A stretch of 64,000 nt of DNA from the NCBI GenBank assembly GCA_938049695.1, contig CALKVM010000002.1, positions 3,516 through 67,515 of the forward strand, given 5' to 3'. Every line of letters starts with the position of its first letter. Position 1 is the stretch's first letter. The notes beneath the pieces are model-generated. The model was not told where the DNA came from and searched no databases. It saw only the letters and a list, made by a program, of their open reading frames with translations. Shown one piece after another: positions 56,826 through 64,000 of the stretch. This DNA comes from an uncultured Candidatus Nitrosoarchaeum sp. Lineage in GTDB: Archaea > Thermoproteota > Nitrososphaeria > Nitrososphaerales > Nitrosopumilaceae. The translations under genes and the position numbers were made by a program.

Positions 56826-56953
56826 TTCCTTAAAATAAAATTATTGATTGAAATGAAGTATGTTTGAAAAATCAACTCTCCCAAAAGAATCACAACTTAA
56901 AAAGAAATGGTGGGTTTTTCTTAGTAGAAAAAAGCAGAATTAATGACAAGACG

Positions 56954-57331
56954 ATGAAAAAATTAGATAAAAAATACTTGTTGTTTACAGGATTGGTTCT
57001 AATCACAATCGGATTTTTGACTTTTGCCTTTATGTTTAATGATAATGGAAAATATGATAGCTTTGCCATGTGTCTGAAGCAAAAAGACATCAAAATGTAT
57101 GGTGCTTCCTGGTGTCCACACTGTCAAGAACAAAAGAAAATGTTCGAATCATCTCAGAAATATCTCAACTATGTAGAGTGTTCAACAATTGATGGAACAG
57201 GGCAAATGGATGTTTGTAAAAATAATCAGATATCTTCCTATCCCATTTGGGAGTTATCTAATGGGACAAAACTTGTAGGAACATATTCATTTGAAAAGCT
57301 ATCTGAGATCTCAGGTTGTGTTCTTGATTAA
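56954..57331 (+). CDS. membrane-anchored thioredoxin-like protein (CPHC), similar to the Trx domain fused to bacterial VKOR
   Basis: TM helix LLFTGLVLITIGFLTFAF, then MYGASWCPHCQEQKKMF...YVEC...ISSYPIWEL...SGC. The ATG at 56954 is preferred over the TTG at 56864 because 56864-56950 is conserved only at nucleotide level with non-coding copy A. Confidence 0.72.
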   Translation: MKKLDKKYLLFTGLVLITIGFLTFAFMFNDNGKYDSFAMCLKQKDIKMYGASWCPHCQEQKKMFESSQKYLNYVECSTIDGTGQMDVCKNNQISSYPIWELSNGTKLVGTYSFEKLSEISGCVLD

Positions 57332-57517
57332 ATTCTACTTTATAATTATATCTAATGTAAGATTTCTAAACGCAAAAAAATAATCATTCAAGTACTTCAA
57401 AAATAATGACGGTATGATGTATTTTCCTGAATAAATCTGAAATATATCATTTTTAATGATAAAGATAGATTATTTGAATAAAGATTAATCTCTGATAGAT
57501 AATTACAAGTAAAAAAA

Positions 57518-58816
57518 TTATACCACAATAATTTTTCGCTTGACAAGATTTTCAATCATCTTTAGAAAATCATCATCTGAAATTTTATCTTCGGACCACC
57601 AACCTGCTGTTGTTTTGATCCATGATGGTAATTTCCAATTTGATTGAGCAGTTATTTCTTTTGATGTTACTACTACAATTCCTTTTTTAAACAAAAAGTC
57701 AATTCCTTCAAGAAATTCTGAGTCAGATATTTGATCTGTAGACCACCAATTTGCGTTTGTTTTTACCCATTGCGGAATTTTAGAGGTTTCAGGAGGCAAC
57801 CCTTTTTCAAAACCAGTAATCTTTAGAATTCCTTGTGACGTTGGCCCTACAGTAAATGCAACATGCCAAAACCCGATATCATCTATACTTTGAATAAATT
57901 TTACAGGTTTATCATTTAGAGTGACATTGAATTTTTCTTTATCTGAAATTTGTGGAAATTCAAAGTTTGCATAGGTCTCAAGTGGGTAACTATTGTATCC
58001 GCGTATTGTAAGAGTTGTTCCTTCTTCATTGAATTTAGCAGCAGAATACCACGCACCTGAATCATATCTAAAATCAAAATTACCTCCATTTTTCTTTGCA
58101 GTAATTGGAACAACAGTAGTATCCAAAGGAGCAAAACAGCTATAGTAAAAAACATCATCAGTTATTGAAGGATCAGGATACATTGAAAATTCTAGAATTT
58201 CACCAGGCTCTATTTTGTCAATATATTCAATATTGTGAACAATATCGAGTACTTTTTCATGACCATGAGCTATTGCAAGAATTTTTGGGTTGAAGATGGT
58301 TTGATTTCCATTATTATGAATTCTTCCTGTAACATGACCGTCATCATGTTTGACTAATGTTTTATCATAAAGAATCTCAATTGATATTGGATCTTTTTGT
58401 GTTTTTACAAATTTGAGTTCAGCTGTAAGTAAGATAGGAGTATCTCCTGTAACTTCAGGAAATTTTGTTTTAAATGGGATATCTGTGTTTGGTGGAATTG
58501 GAACATGATATACTGTCTTGGTAAATGTATTGTCTCCATCAATTACAGAAACTAAAATGGTTGGAATTACAGCATAGTCATTTTGGTTTTTTACATTGCC
58601 TCCAACTGTATATACGCCTTCATAATCAAAATATCCAATATATTGTTCTGGTGGTATCAAAACCTCGGCAAATGTAAATTGAGAAATAAGTAATGATGTA
58701 AACATGAATCCAATTAGAATAAATACTATTTTTGATTGTAATAGACTAGAAAGCGTTGATAATATCTTCGAATCCAGATGTGGGTTTTTCAAGTAAGCTT
58801 GGTCGATAGTCTTCAA
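57518..58816 (-). CDS. membrane-anchored or secreted beta-rich protein ending in two Trp-rich modules of about 35 aa
   Basis: N-terminal TM helix IVFILIGFMFTSLLISQF. C-terminus IPQWVKTNANWWSTDQISDSEFLEGIDFLFKKGIV and LPSWIKTTAGWWSEDKISDDDFLKMIENLVKRKII (57518-57778). The 5' end overlaps the upstream regulator gene by 71 nt. Confidence 0.65.
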   Translation of the reverse strand: MKTIDQAYLKNPHLDSKILSTLSSLLQSKIVFILIGFMFTSLLISQFTFAEVLIPPEQYIGYFDYEGVYTVGGNVKNQNDYAVIPTILVSVIDGDNTFTKTVYHVPIPPNTDIPFKTKFPEVTGDTPILLTAELKFVKTQKDPISIEILYDKTLVKHDDGHVTGRIHNNGNQTIFNPKILAIAHGHEKVLDIVHNIEYIDKIEPGEILEFSMYPDPSITDDVFYYSCFAPLDTTVVPITAKKNGGNFDFRYDSGAWYSAAKFNEEGTTLTIRGYNSYPLETYANFEFPQISDKEKFNVTLNDKPVKFIQSIDDIGFWHVAFTVGPTSQGILKITGFEKGLPPETSKIPQWVKTNANWWSTDQISDSEFLEGIDFLFKKGIVVVTSKEITAQSNWKLPSWIKTTAGWWSEDKISDDDFLKMIENLVKRKIIVV

Positions 58817-59246
58817 TTAATTGATCTATTACCTTTCTTGTTTTAATATAATATCTCTTTCTTAGATTTTCAAGTCTTACTTCAACTTGTTCATCTTGGA
58901 CTAGTTGTGATAGATATAGAGAAACTGTGGAAGGTGATTTTCCTACCACGTCAACTAGTTCACTAAACTCTAGTCCGTCTTGTTTTATGAGAGCTAATAA
59001 CAGATCTCTTGGGGTTTGTCTACGTAATGCTTTGATAGTTTTTGATTCATCTTCGGTAATTCCTGGTGGATAAAATCTGGATTGTCTTGGACCACGCACT
59101 ACTTTGATTATACCATGTTTTTCTAATTTACCAAGATAGTGACTAAGAACACCATTTTTTAATCCAGAAGAACGCATTATTTCTCTGAATTGAATTCCTG
59201 GATTCTGATCTATGATTTGCTGTAATTGTGTATTTCTATCAGTCAT
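58746..59246 (-). CDS. tandem winged-helix transcription regulator (paralog of 55501-56067)
   Basis: IIDQNPGIQFREIMRSSGLKNGVLSHYLGKLEKHGIIKVVRGPRQSRFYP plus a second wHTH, LLLALIKQDGLEFSELVDVVGKSPSTVSLYLSQLVQDEQVEV. Confidence 0.75.
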   Translation of the reverse strand: MTDRNTQLQQIIDQNPGIQFREIMRSSGLKNGVLSHYLGKLEKHGIIKVVRGPRQSRFYPPGITEDESKTIKALRRQTPRDLLLALIKQDGLEFSELVDVVGKSPSTVSLYLSQLVQDEQVEVRLENLRKRYYIKTRKVIDQLIEDYRPSLLEKPTSGFEDIINAF

Positions 59247-59631
59247 TTCTAAACACTCCCAATGCTAACAATCCCAGTGTACTAAATGTCAATAAATGTC
59301 CTATCTCTAATAGAGACATATAACCTAAATCATAAAGTGTAGGCCATGTGGCATCAATTACTAAAACTGATTCAGCTACAATAAAAGTTACAAAAGCAAG
59401 TGTACTAAGTAAAAGTCTTTTTGTTTTTAATTTAGAATATGCCAATATTGCAAGAATTGTAATGAATACTGCAAGTGTAATTCCAGCAATATGCAAAAAG
59501 ATGTGTGCTAAATGAAACCCATGTAAGAGATGAGGCATTATTACGGGAATTGCCAATATTGCCACTACACCTATAACTACAACAGAGAATAACGTTGACT
59601 TACGTTCAATAAGACTCCGAGGTCTAAACAA
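59239..59631 (-). CDS. four-TM membrane protein with a histidine ladder
   Basis: PHLLHGFHLAHIFLH places H34, H37, H40, H43 and H47 on one helical face between TM1 and TM2. The stop overlaps the regulator start by 8 nt. Confidence 0.6.
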   Translation of the reverse strand: MFRPRSLIERKSTLFSVVVIGVVAILAIPVIMPHLLHGFHLAHIFLHIAGITLAVFITILAILAYSKLKTKRLLLSTLAFVTFIVAESVLVIDATWPTLYDLGYMSLLEIGHLLTFSTLGLLALGVFRND

Positions 59632-59694
59632 ATCACAGAAAATGTTGTTTTTACAGATTTAAACAGACTGGTTCATACTTCGAATTAGATGCGA

Positions 59695-61260
59695 TCAGAT
59701 ATGAAGAATTTTATTTTGTATTAAATATCGTATTCCCTGAACAAAAGTTTCATCGTCAATTTGTCCATTTGACCACCACTTTGCATTGTTTTTAATCCAA
59801 GATGGAATTTCATTTGTTTCGGTGCCTGTACCTTGAGAAGTTGGAGGAATATTCATTATTTTCTCTTTTATCAAATATTGAATTCCTTTAACAAATGAAC
59901 TATCATCAATCTGTCCATCTGACCACCAAGCTGCATTGGTTCGTATCCATTTAGGTATTGAAATACCATTATTTTCATGTGATATGGGATTAATTATAAT
60001 TGGAATAGATGTTTTTGCAAGATCATTATCTCCAAGATTTAGAAAATTCAGATGTACAATTCCAGTTAGATCATCAGGTATTGTAAATTCTGCTGTGTTA
60101 TGTTTTTCTTTAGAATCACTACTAATTCCACTTTGTTTGAAAATTATTTTATCATTTTGAGTAATTGAAAAATCATAATTTACTGCTATGGGTCTATTTT
60201 TTAGAAAAATATCAGTAACATCAAAATAGATTGTTGCTTTGGAATTTGATTGTAAATTTTTTGGTTCCCAAGATGTAATAATTCGAAATTGTCCATTTTC
60301 AGTTACTGAACTTAATTGAATATCATCTGAATTTGGTTTGATAAGAAAATTCATTCCATTTAGGTTTGAATTATGTTTGTAAATATTCCATAATTCTTTT
60401 TGACTAATAATAAAATGAACTACTCTTCCATCAGAAAAAAAATCATCGATTGTTACAATATCGTCAGATAATTTGATTTCGTTTACATACACAGAAAATC
60501 CAGATACCAGTAGATCTCCAAATGTTTTTGGAATTATTAATTCTTCATGGATTACAGAAGTTTGATTAATGTTATTAGCACTCCATTCAAAAGGCATGGA
60601 AAAAGTGATTTCTTTGGATTCAATATCATAGTGAAAATTCTTTATTTCGTCATAGTATGTAACAACATTAATTATTTGTGGGCCAAAAACAGAATGATTA
60701 ATTTCATGTTTAGATGTTTGTGCAATTGAAATTCCGGCATCGAAAGTCAGTGGCACATCTAATTTCTTTGAATAACCATCGGCTGTAAGAATACGAATAT
60801 CAAACTTGTATAGTCCACCCTCACTTAGTTTTGGACCCTTTACATTGACCATTCTATTTTCTAATCCAAGTAATGAACCAAAGAAATCTTTCTTGTTCTC
60901 TTCTTGAACTTGAATTGTGTCAGTATTTTCGGATATGAAATTAAAAACTATAATTCCATTATGACTTTGAAATTCTTTTTCAAAAAGAAATTGTTCGCCA
61001 CGACTAGATTTTATCAAAAATGTGACATCTCTAAGTGTAATTTTTGAATTAAAATCAATTAGTGAAATTGATATTTGCTGATCATCATTTTTATCTGGAT
61101 TATTTGGAGATGATGAAACTTCTAGACTTACTTGTTTTCCATACAGATCAACCGGTGGAAATATTTCACTTCCTACACCATGACCATAAACATCTACAAG
61201 TGTTAAAGAAGAAATAGAAATTAAAAACAAAATAAGCAAATGTAATATTTTTCCTTGCAA
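59695..61260 (-). CDS. secreted modular surface protein (paralog family) ending in two Trp-rich modules
   Basis: Signal peptide ending VYG|HGVG. Family blocks: GGLYKFDIRI, TYYDEIKNFHYD...FSMPFEW and HEELIIP. Ig-like domain with NYDFSITQNDKII. C-terminal modules IPKWIRTNAAWWSDGQIDDSSFVKGIQYLIKEKIM and IPSWIKNNAKWWSNGQIDDETFVQGIRYLIQNKIL (59695-59958). Confidence 0.7.
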   Translation of the reverse strand: MQGKILHLLILFLISISSLTLVDVYGHGVGSEIFPPVDLYGKQVSLEVSSSPNNPDKNDDQQISISLIDFNSKITLRDVTFLIKSSRGEQFLFEKEFQSHNGIIVFNFISENTDTIQVQEENKKDFFGSLLGLENRMVNVKGPKLSEGGLYKFDIRILTADGYSKKLDVPLTFDAGISIAQTSKHEINHSVFGPQIINVVTYYDEIKNFHYDIESKEITFSMPFEWSANNINQTSVIHEELIIPKTFGDLLVSGFSVYVNEIKLSDDIVTIDDFFSDGRVVHFIISQKELWNIYKHNSNLNGMNFLIKPNSDDIQLSSVTENGQFRIITSWEPKNLQSNSKATIYFDVTDIFLKNRPIAVNYDFSITQNDKIIFKQSGISSDSKEKHNTAEFTIPDDLTGIVHLNFLNLGDNDLAKTSIPIIINPISHENNGISIPKWIRTNAAWWSDGQIDDSSFVKGIQYLIKEKIMNIPPTSQGTGTETNEIPSWIKNNAKWWSNGQIDDETFVQGIRYLIQNKILHI

Positions 61261-61352
61261 GTCTTCTTTTATTTCCTGATTGTCTATTTAAAAATCTAGA
61301 TTAAGTTATTCTCAAATATTCTTTATTTGAATCAAAATAAATTATTATGGAT

Positions 61353-61946
61353 TTATTGGTGTTCTGAATGAACTGTTGGATTGGCAGAAACACCAAGATG
61401 TGCGTGCATTGATTCATAGTCGTATACAATTCCCATGCCAGTAAGTTTTACAGTAACTGTTGTTTTATCTTTCCAACCGCTTGGAATATCTGTACTTCCA
61501 TACAAGTAATTATTTCCAACAAATATTGTAGTACTCTGATCAATTCCATTTTTTGCTGAACTAATTTCTGTTAATGTAACTTCTAGAGTTGTATTATCGA
61601 CAGGATGAACATGTGTTATTTTTACACCTGGAACAGAGCTCATTGTTTGATAGTGAGGTTCACAGTAAGCTGGAGCCATCATTGAATCTTGATGACATAA
61701 CTGGTGAATAGTTCCTGGAGCATAGAATTGTCCATGACGACTTTGTCCGCCACCTGGACTAGACATGCCACCCATGCCAGACATTCCGCTCATGCCACCC
61801 ATGCCAGACATTCCGCTCATGCCACCCATGCCAGACATCATTGTCTGCATGTGATTCATCTGTATCACATTACCTCCATAAGCACCAGCTAGAATACCAA
61901 CACTAAATGTGGCTGCAATTATAGCAATCAGTATGTATCGATTCAT
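61353..61946 (-). CDS. secreted Met/Gly-rich repeat protein (candidate Cu(I)-binding)
   Basis: Signal/TM segment, then MNHMQTMMSGMGGMSGMSGMGGMSGMSGMGGMSSPGG. The C-terminal beta-rich domain has Cys and His residues. Confidence 0.7.
   Translation of the reverse strand: MNRYILIAIIAATFSVGILAGAYGGNVIQMNHMQTMMSGMGGMSGMSGMGGMSGMSGMGGMSSPGGGQSRHGQFYAPGTIHQLCHQDSMMAPAYCEPHYQTMSSVPGVKITHVHPVDNTTLEVTLTEISSAKNGIDQSTTIFVGNNYLYGSTDIPSGWKDKTTVTVKLTGMGIVYDYESMHAHLGVSANPTVHSEHQ
61758..61838 (-). repeat. 27-bp in-frame tandem repeat, about 2.8 copies (CATGCCACCCATGCCAGACATTCCGCT on the plus strand)
   Basis: Identical units at 61764-61790 and 61791-61817, and a partial unit at 61818-61838. Each unit encodes SGMSGMGGM. 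Confidence 0.9.
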
Positions 61947-62015
61947 TACTGAAGATTTTTTCGAAATTTTATGTATATGTTCATAGGAAGATTCTCAAAA
62001 GTGATAAAGATGTAA

Positions 62016-62222
62016 TCAAGTCCATTTGGTTGGATCTTTTTTCCAAATTTGTTTGCCATCAACAGTTACTTGATCTTTTTCTTCAAAGACAGTATGCCAT
62101 TTTCCATTATGAGGAAAAATTTTATTCATTTCTTCTACTTTTTTGTTAGTTGGTGCTTTATTCATTAAAGCTCCCCATCTCATGTTAGGTACCTTGGGAA
62201 GAATATCATTAATGTCCTTCAT
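62016..62222 (-). CDS. small hypothetical protein
   Basis: A 68-aa Lys/Trp-rich ORF with no TM helix and no recognisable motif. Confidence 0.4.
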   Translation of the reverse strand: MKDINDILPKVPNMRWGALMNKAPTNKKVEEMNKIFPHNGKWHTVFEEKDQVTVDGKQIWKKDPTKWT

Positions 62223-62244
62223 ATTTCATCATAAATTACTAAAA

Positions 62245-63729
62245 TTATTGTTCAATTCTCATTATTCCCTCTTTGATCAAATATTGTATTCCTTGAACAA
62301 AAGAGTTATCGTCAATTGAGCCATCTGCCCACCACCCAGCATTGTTTTTAATCCAGGGTGGGATTTGGTTACTTCCTGATCCTGAACCTATATCAAATGA
62401 TGTGCTAGATATTCCAGAGAATGTTTGTAAATTATCTAATCCATGACTGAAAATTGCCAATGTCATTTTGTATTTACCTGCAGATTTGAAATTAAATTCT
62501 GGTTTGTCAATACCTTCTGTCAAAAGTATACCAGGCGAATTAGGATCAGTATTTTTTGATTCATAGATTTTAGCTCCTGAAGAGTCTTCTATTCTGTAGC
62601 CATATGTTACCCATTTTAGTAATTTGTTATCTTTATCAAAAAAGGTTATTTCAAATGGTATTTTTTCATCTGAAGTTAATTTAGAATCATATTTTACTTT
62701 AGCAAATGCACCACTATCAAATTTCATATCAAATGAATTTTTTTCTGCCATCAAACCAGTATCTGGAGATAGACTAAATTCCATTGTTTTTGTTCCAGGT
62801 TTGTTAATTTTGGCTATATCCAAAATACTTTCTTTGCTTAACAAAAAGTGAAGAATTAACGTATTATCCATTGAATATGGATCAGCAATTAACATTCTAC
62901 CTGTAACAGGAAATCCATTTACAGCTGCTTTGTATGTTCCAGCTTGTGAAAATTCTTTAAATGAAGTTGGGAAATGAATTTCTTCATGAACAAAAATGTT
63001 TTGTGTTTCTAGTCTTGATGCATCCCAGTTAAATGGCATTGAAAATGAAACTAATTTTTTAGATTCATCATAGTTAAAATTATTTATTTTATCATAGTAT
63101 GATGTAACAGTTAAATCATAAGATTTGCCTCCAGTTGAAACTGTTTGATCAAAAATATCTCCAACACTAAGCCAAGAATCGAATCGTGGTGCTTCAGATT
63201 GAATAAAGATATTTTTGTCATGATCTATTCCAAAAATTTCTATTTCAAAGTGGTACAATCCTGCATCAAGTAAAATTGGGGCCTTTACAGTGATTTTATC
63301 ATTTATTGAAGTCCATCCTCCTTGAAATGGTTCTTCATCGCCATACACAATAACATCATTTACATCTAGATCTTCAGATTGAATTTTAATGGTTAAATTA
63401 CCAGAATGTGTATGAAACAAATCTCTCATCAAAAGTTTTCCGTCTTTGTCAACCGTCACAAAAAATGATGTGTGTTTGATTGTTTCTCCTGTTTTGGCAT
63501 CAAAAAGACGTAATTCTAAAAATTTATCACCAACTGTATCTTTGGTAAGAATTGGTGGGCTGATTTTGATAAACAAGCTAGCATCTCTATCACCTACACT
63601 TGCCGGAGGAAGATTTTCTTGTGTAAATCCATCGCCATAAACATATGAAGGAATCTGGGAAATTATCAACAGAGATATAGAAAAAATCAGAACAGTTGAA
63701 TTATTCATAATATTATCTAATTTGGACAT
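62245..63729 (-). CDS. secreted modular surface protein (paralog family) ending in one Trp-rich module
   Basis: Signal peptide ending VYG|DGFT. Family blocks: AGLYHFEIEI, SYYDKINNFNYD...FSMPFNW and HEEIHFP. C-terminal module IPPWIKNNAGWWADGSIDDNSFVQGIQYLIKEGIM (62248-62364). Confidence 0.7.
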   Translation of the reverse strand: MSKLDNIMNNSTVLIFSISLLIISQIPSYVYGDGFTQENLPPASVGDRDASLFIKISPPILTKDTVGDKFLELRLFDAKTGETIKHTSFFVTVDKDGKLLMRDLFHTHSGNLTIKIQSEDLDVNDVIVYGDEEPFQGGWTSINDKITVKAPILLDAGLYHFEIEIFGIDHDKNIFIQSEAPRFDSWLSVGDIFDQTVSTGGKSYDLTVTSYYDKINNFNYDESKKLVSFSMPFNWDASRLETQNIFVHEEIHFPTSFKEFSQAGTYKAAVNGFPVTGRMLIADPYSMDNTLILHFLLSKESILDIAKINKPGTKTMEFSLSPDTGLMAEKNSFDMKFDSGAFAKVKYDSKLTSDEKIPFEITFFDKDNKLLKWVTYGYRIEDSSGAKIYESKNTDPNSPGILLTEGIDKPEFNFKSAGKYKMTLAIFSHGLDNLQTFSGISSTSFDIGSGSGSNQIPPWIKNNAGWWADGSIDDNSFVQGIQYLIKEGIMRIEQ

Positions 63730-63756
63730 GTATGACTTGACAATTTAAAAATATCT

Positions 63757-63990
63757 CTATTTTTCATTTTGTGGATAGACTTGTGGTTTGACTATACTTA
63801 GTGAAATTGCATGATCATCTATCATGGAACCAACTCCTACAGAGACATTTTTTATCCTAATCTCTATTTTATCAAATTCATTTTCAGAAATATCATATGT
63901 CGATGATAAAATTTCCTTTACTTTTATTTCCGTATCAGATATTACATTTAGTTTTGAATTCAGTGTAACATCTAATGTAGTTTTTATCAT
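63757..63990 (-). CDS. hypothetical protein
   Basis: A 77-aa ORF near the window edge with no recognisable motif. Confidence 0.3.
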   Translation of the reverse strand: MIKTTLDVTLNSKLNVISDTEIKVKEILSSTYDISENEFDKIEIRIKNVSVGVGSMIDDHAISLSIVKPQVYPQNEK

Positions 63991-64000
63991 GTGTTTTGGA

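Larger units (their letters stand above)
56675..56950 (+). repeat. copy B of the duplicated intergenic module
   Basis: Stem arms GATGAGAAAC (56675-56684) and GTTTCTCATC (56723-56732). Block order is shared with copy A. The module ends just before the thioredoxin-like gene's ATG at 56954. Confidence 0.6.

Noticed and set aside
56864-56953. TTG start at 56864 giving a 155-aa thioredoxin-like protein with a 30-aa N-terminal extension.
   Set aside because: The extension (MKNQLSQKNHNLKRNGGFFLVEKSRINDKT) is hydrophilic and precedes the real TM anchor. The same DNA is conserved with non-coding copy A only at nucleotide level. The ATG at 56954 gives a normal anchor-first protein.
59650-59694. CTGGTTCATACTTCGAATTAGATGCGATCAG upstream of the histidine-ladder gene, considered as a sixth operator copy.
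   Set aside because: There is only partial similarity to the left arm and spacer (TGGTTCATACTTCGAA). The right arm is absent and the spacing differs. It is too weak to call.
61758-61838. Tandem direct repeats considered as a possible mini CRISPR array.
   Set aside because: The units are contiguous with no spacers, in frame within a coding sequence, and only 27 bp long. No cas genes are present.
61704-61892. Plus-strand ORF with HATHARHSA repeats that could be read as a His-rich metal-binding peptide.
   Set aside because: It is the reverse-complement reading of the 27-bp Met-codon repeat. The minus-strand frame continues into a signal peptide and a folded domain, so the plus-strand ORF is an artefact.

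Overview
This is an AT-rich (about one-third G+C by eye), gene-dense archaeal chromosome segment. Gene content points to a marine ammonia-oxidising thaumarchaeon (Nitrosopumilus-like): Amt ammonium transporter, A-type ATP synthase, sn-glycerol-1-phosphate dehydrogenase, proteasome beta subunit, aCPSF1, BluB, the archaeal PoK/PPS coenzyme-A route, and PEFG-CTERM surface proteins. No rRNA genes, CRISPR arrays, transposases or integrases were seen. Positions 1-45,600 are mostly housekeeping. They hold two tRNAs (one with an insertion in the D-loop), a CoA biosynthesis cluster, a tmk-HD-pyrH operon, a split ATP synthase cluster with amt embedded in it, and divergent pyrI/pyrB. Positions 45,600-64,000 are accessory-looking and dominated by extracytoplasmic metal and redox proteins. 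These include a NikR regulator with a ZnuABC-like transporter, a 925-aa CopC-CopD-beta-propeller fusion, a cupredoxin-like protein lacking two copper ligands, and a Met-rich protein encoded by a 27-bp in-frame tandem repeat. Also present are membrane-anchored DsrE-like and thioredoxin-like proteins, two paralogous tandem-wHTH regulators, a membrane protein with a histidine ladder, and modular secreted paralogs anchored by either PEFG-CTERM or a repeated about 35-aa Trp-rich module. The strongest unexplained signal is a recurring 25-bp palindromic motif (TGGTAC-N11-GTACCA) at fixed spacing upstream of several genes in the 54.3-56.9 kb part of this island. It sits next to a duplicated intergenic module with a conserved 9-bp stem. 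I read this as an undescribed regulon for extracytoplasmic copper/thiol handling, but that is inference. All protein calls come from reading motifs in the supplied translations; no database search was possible.
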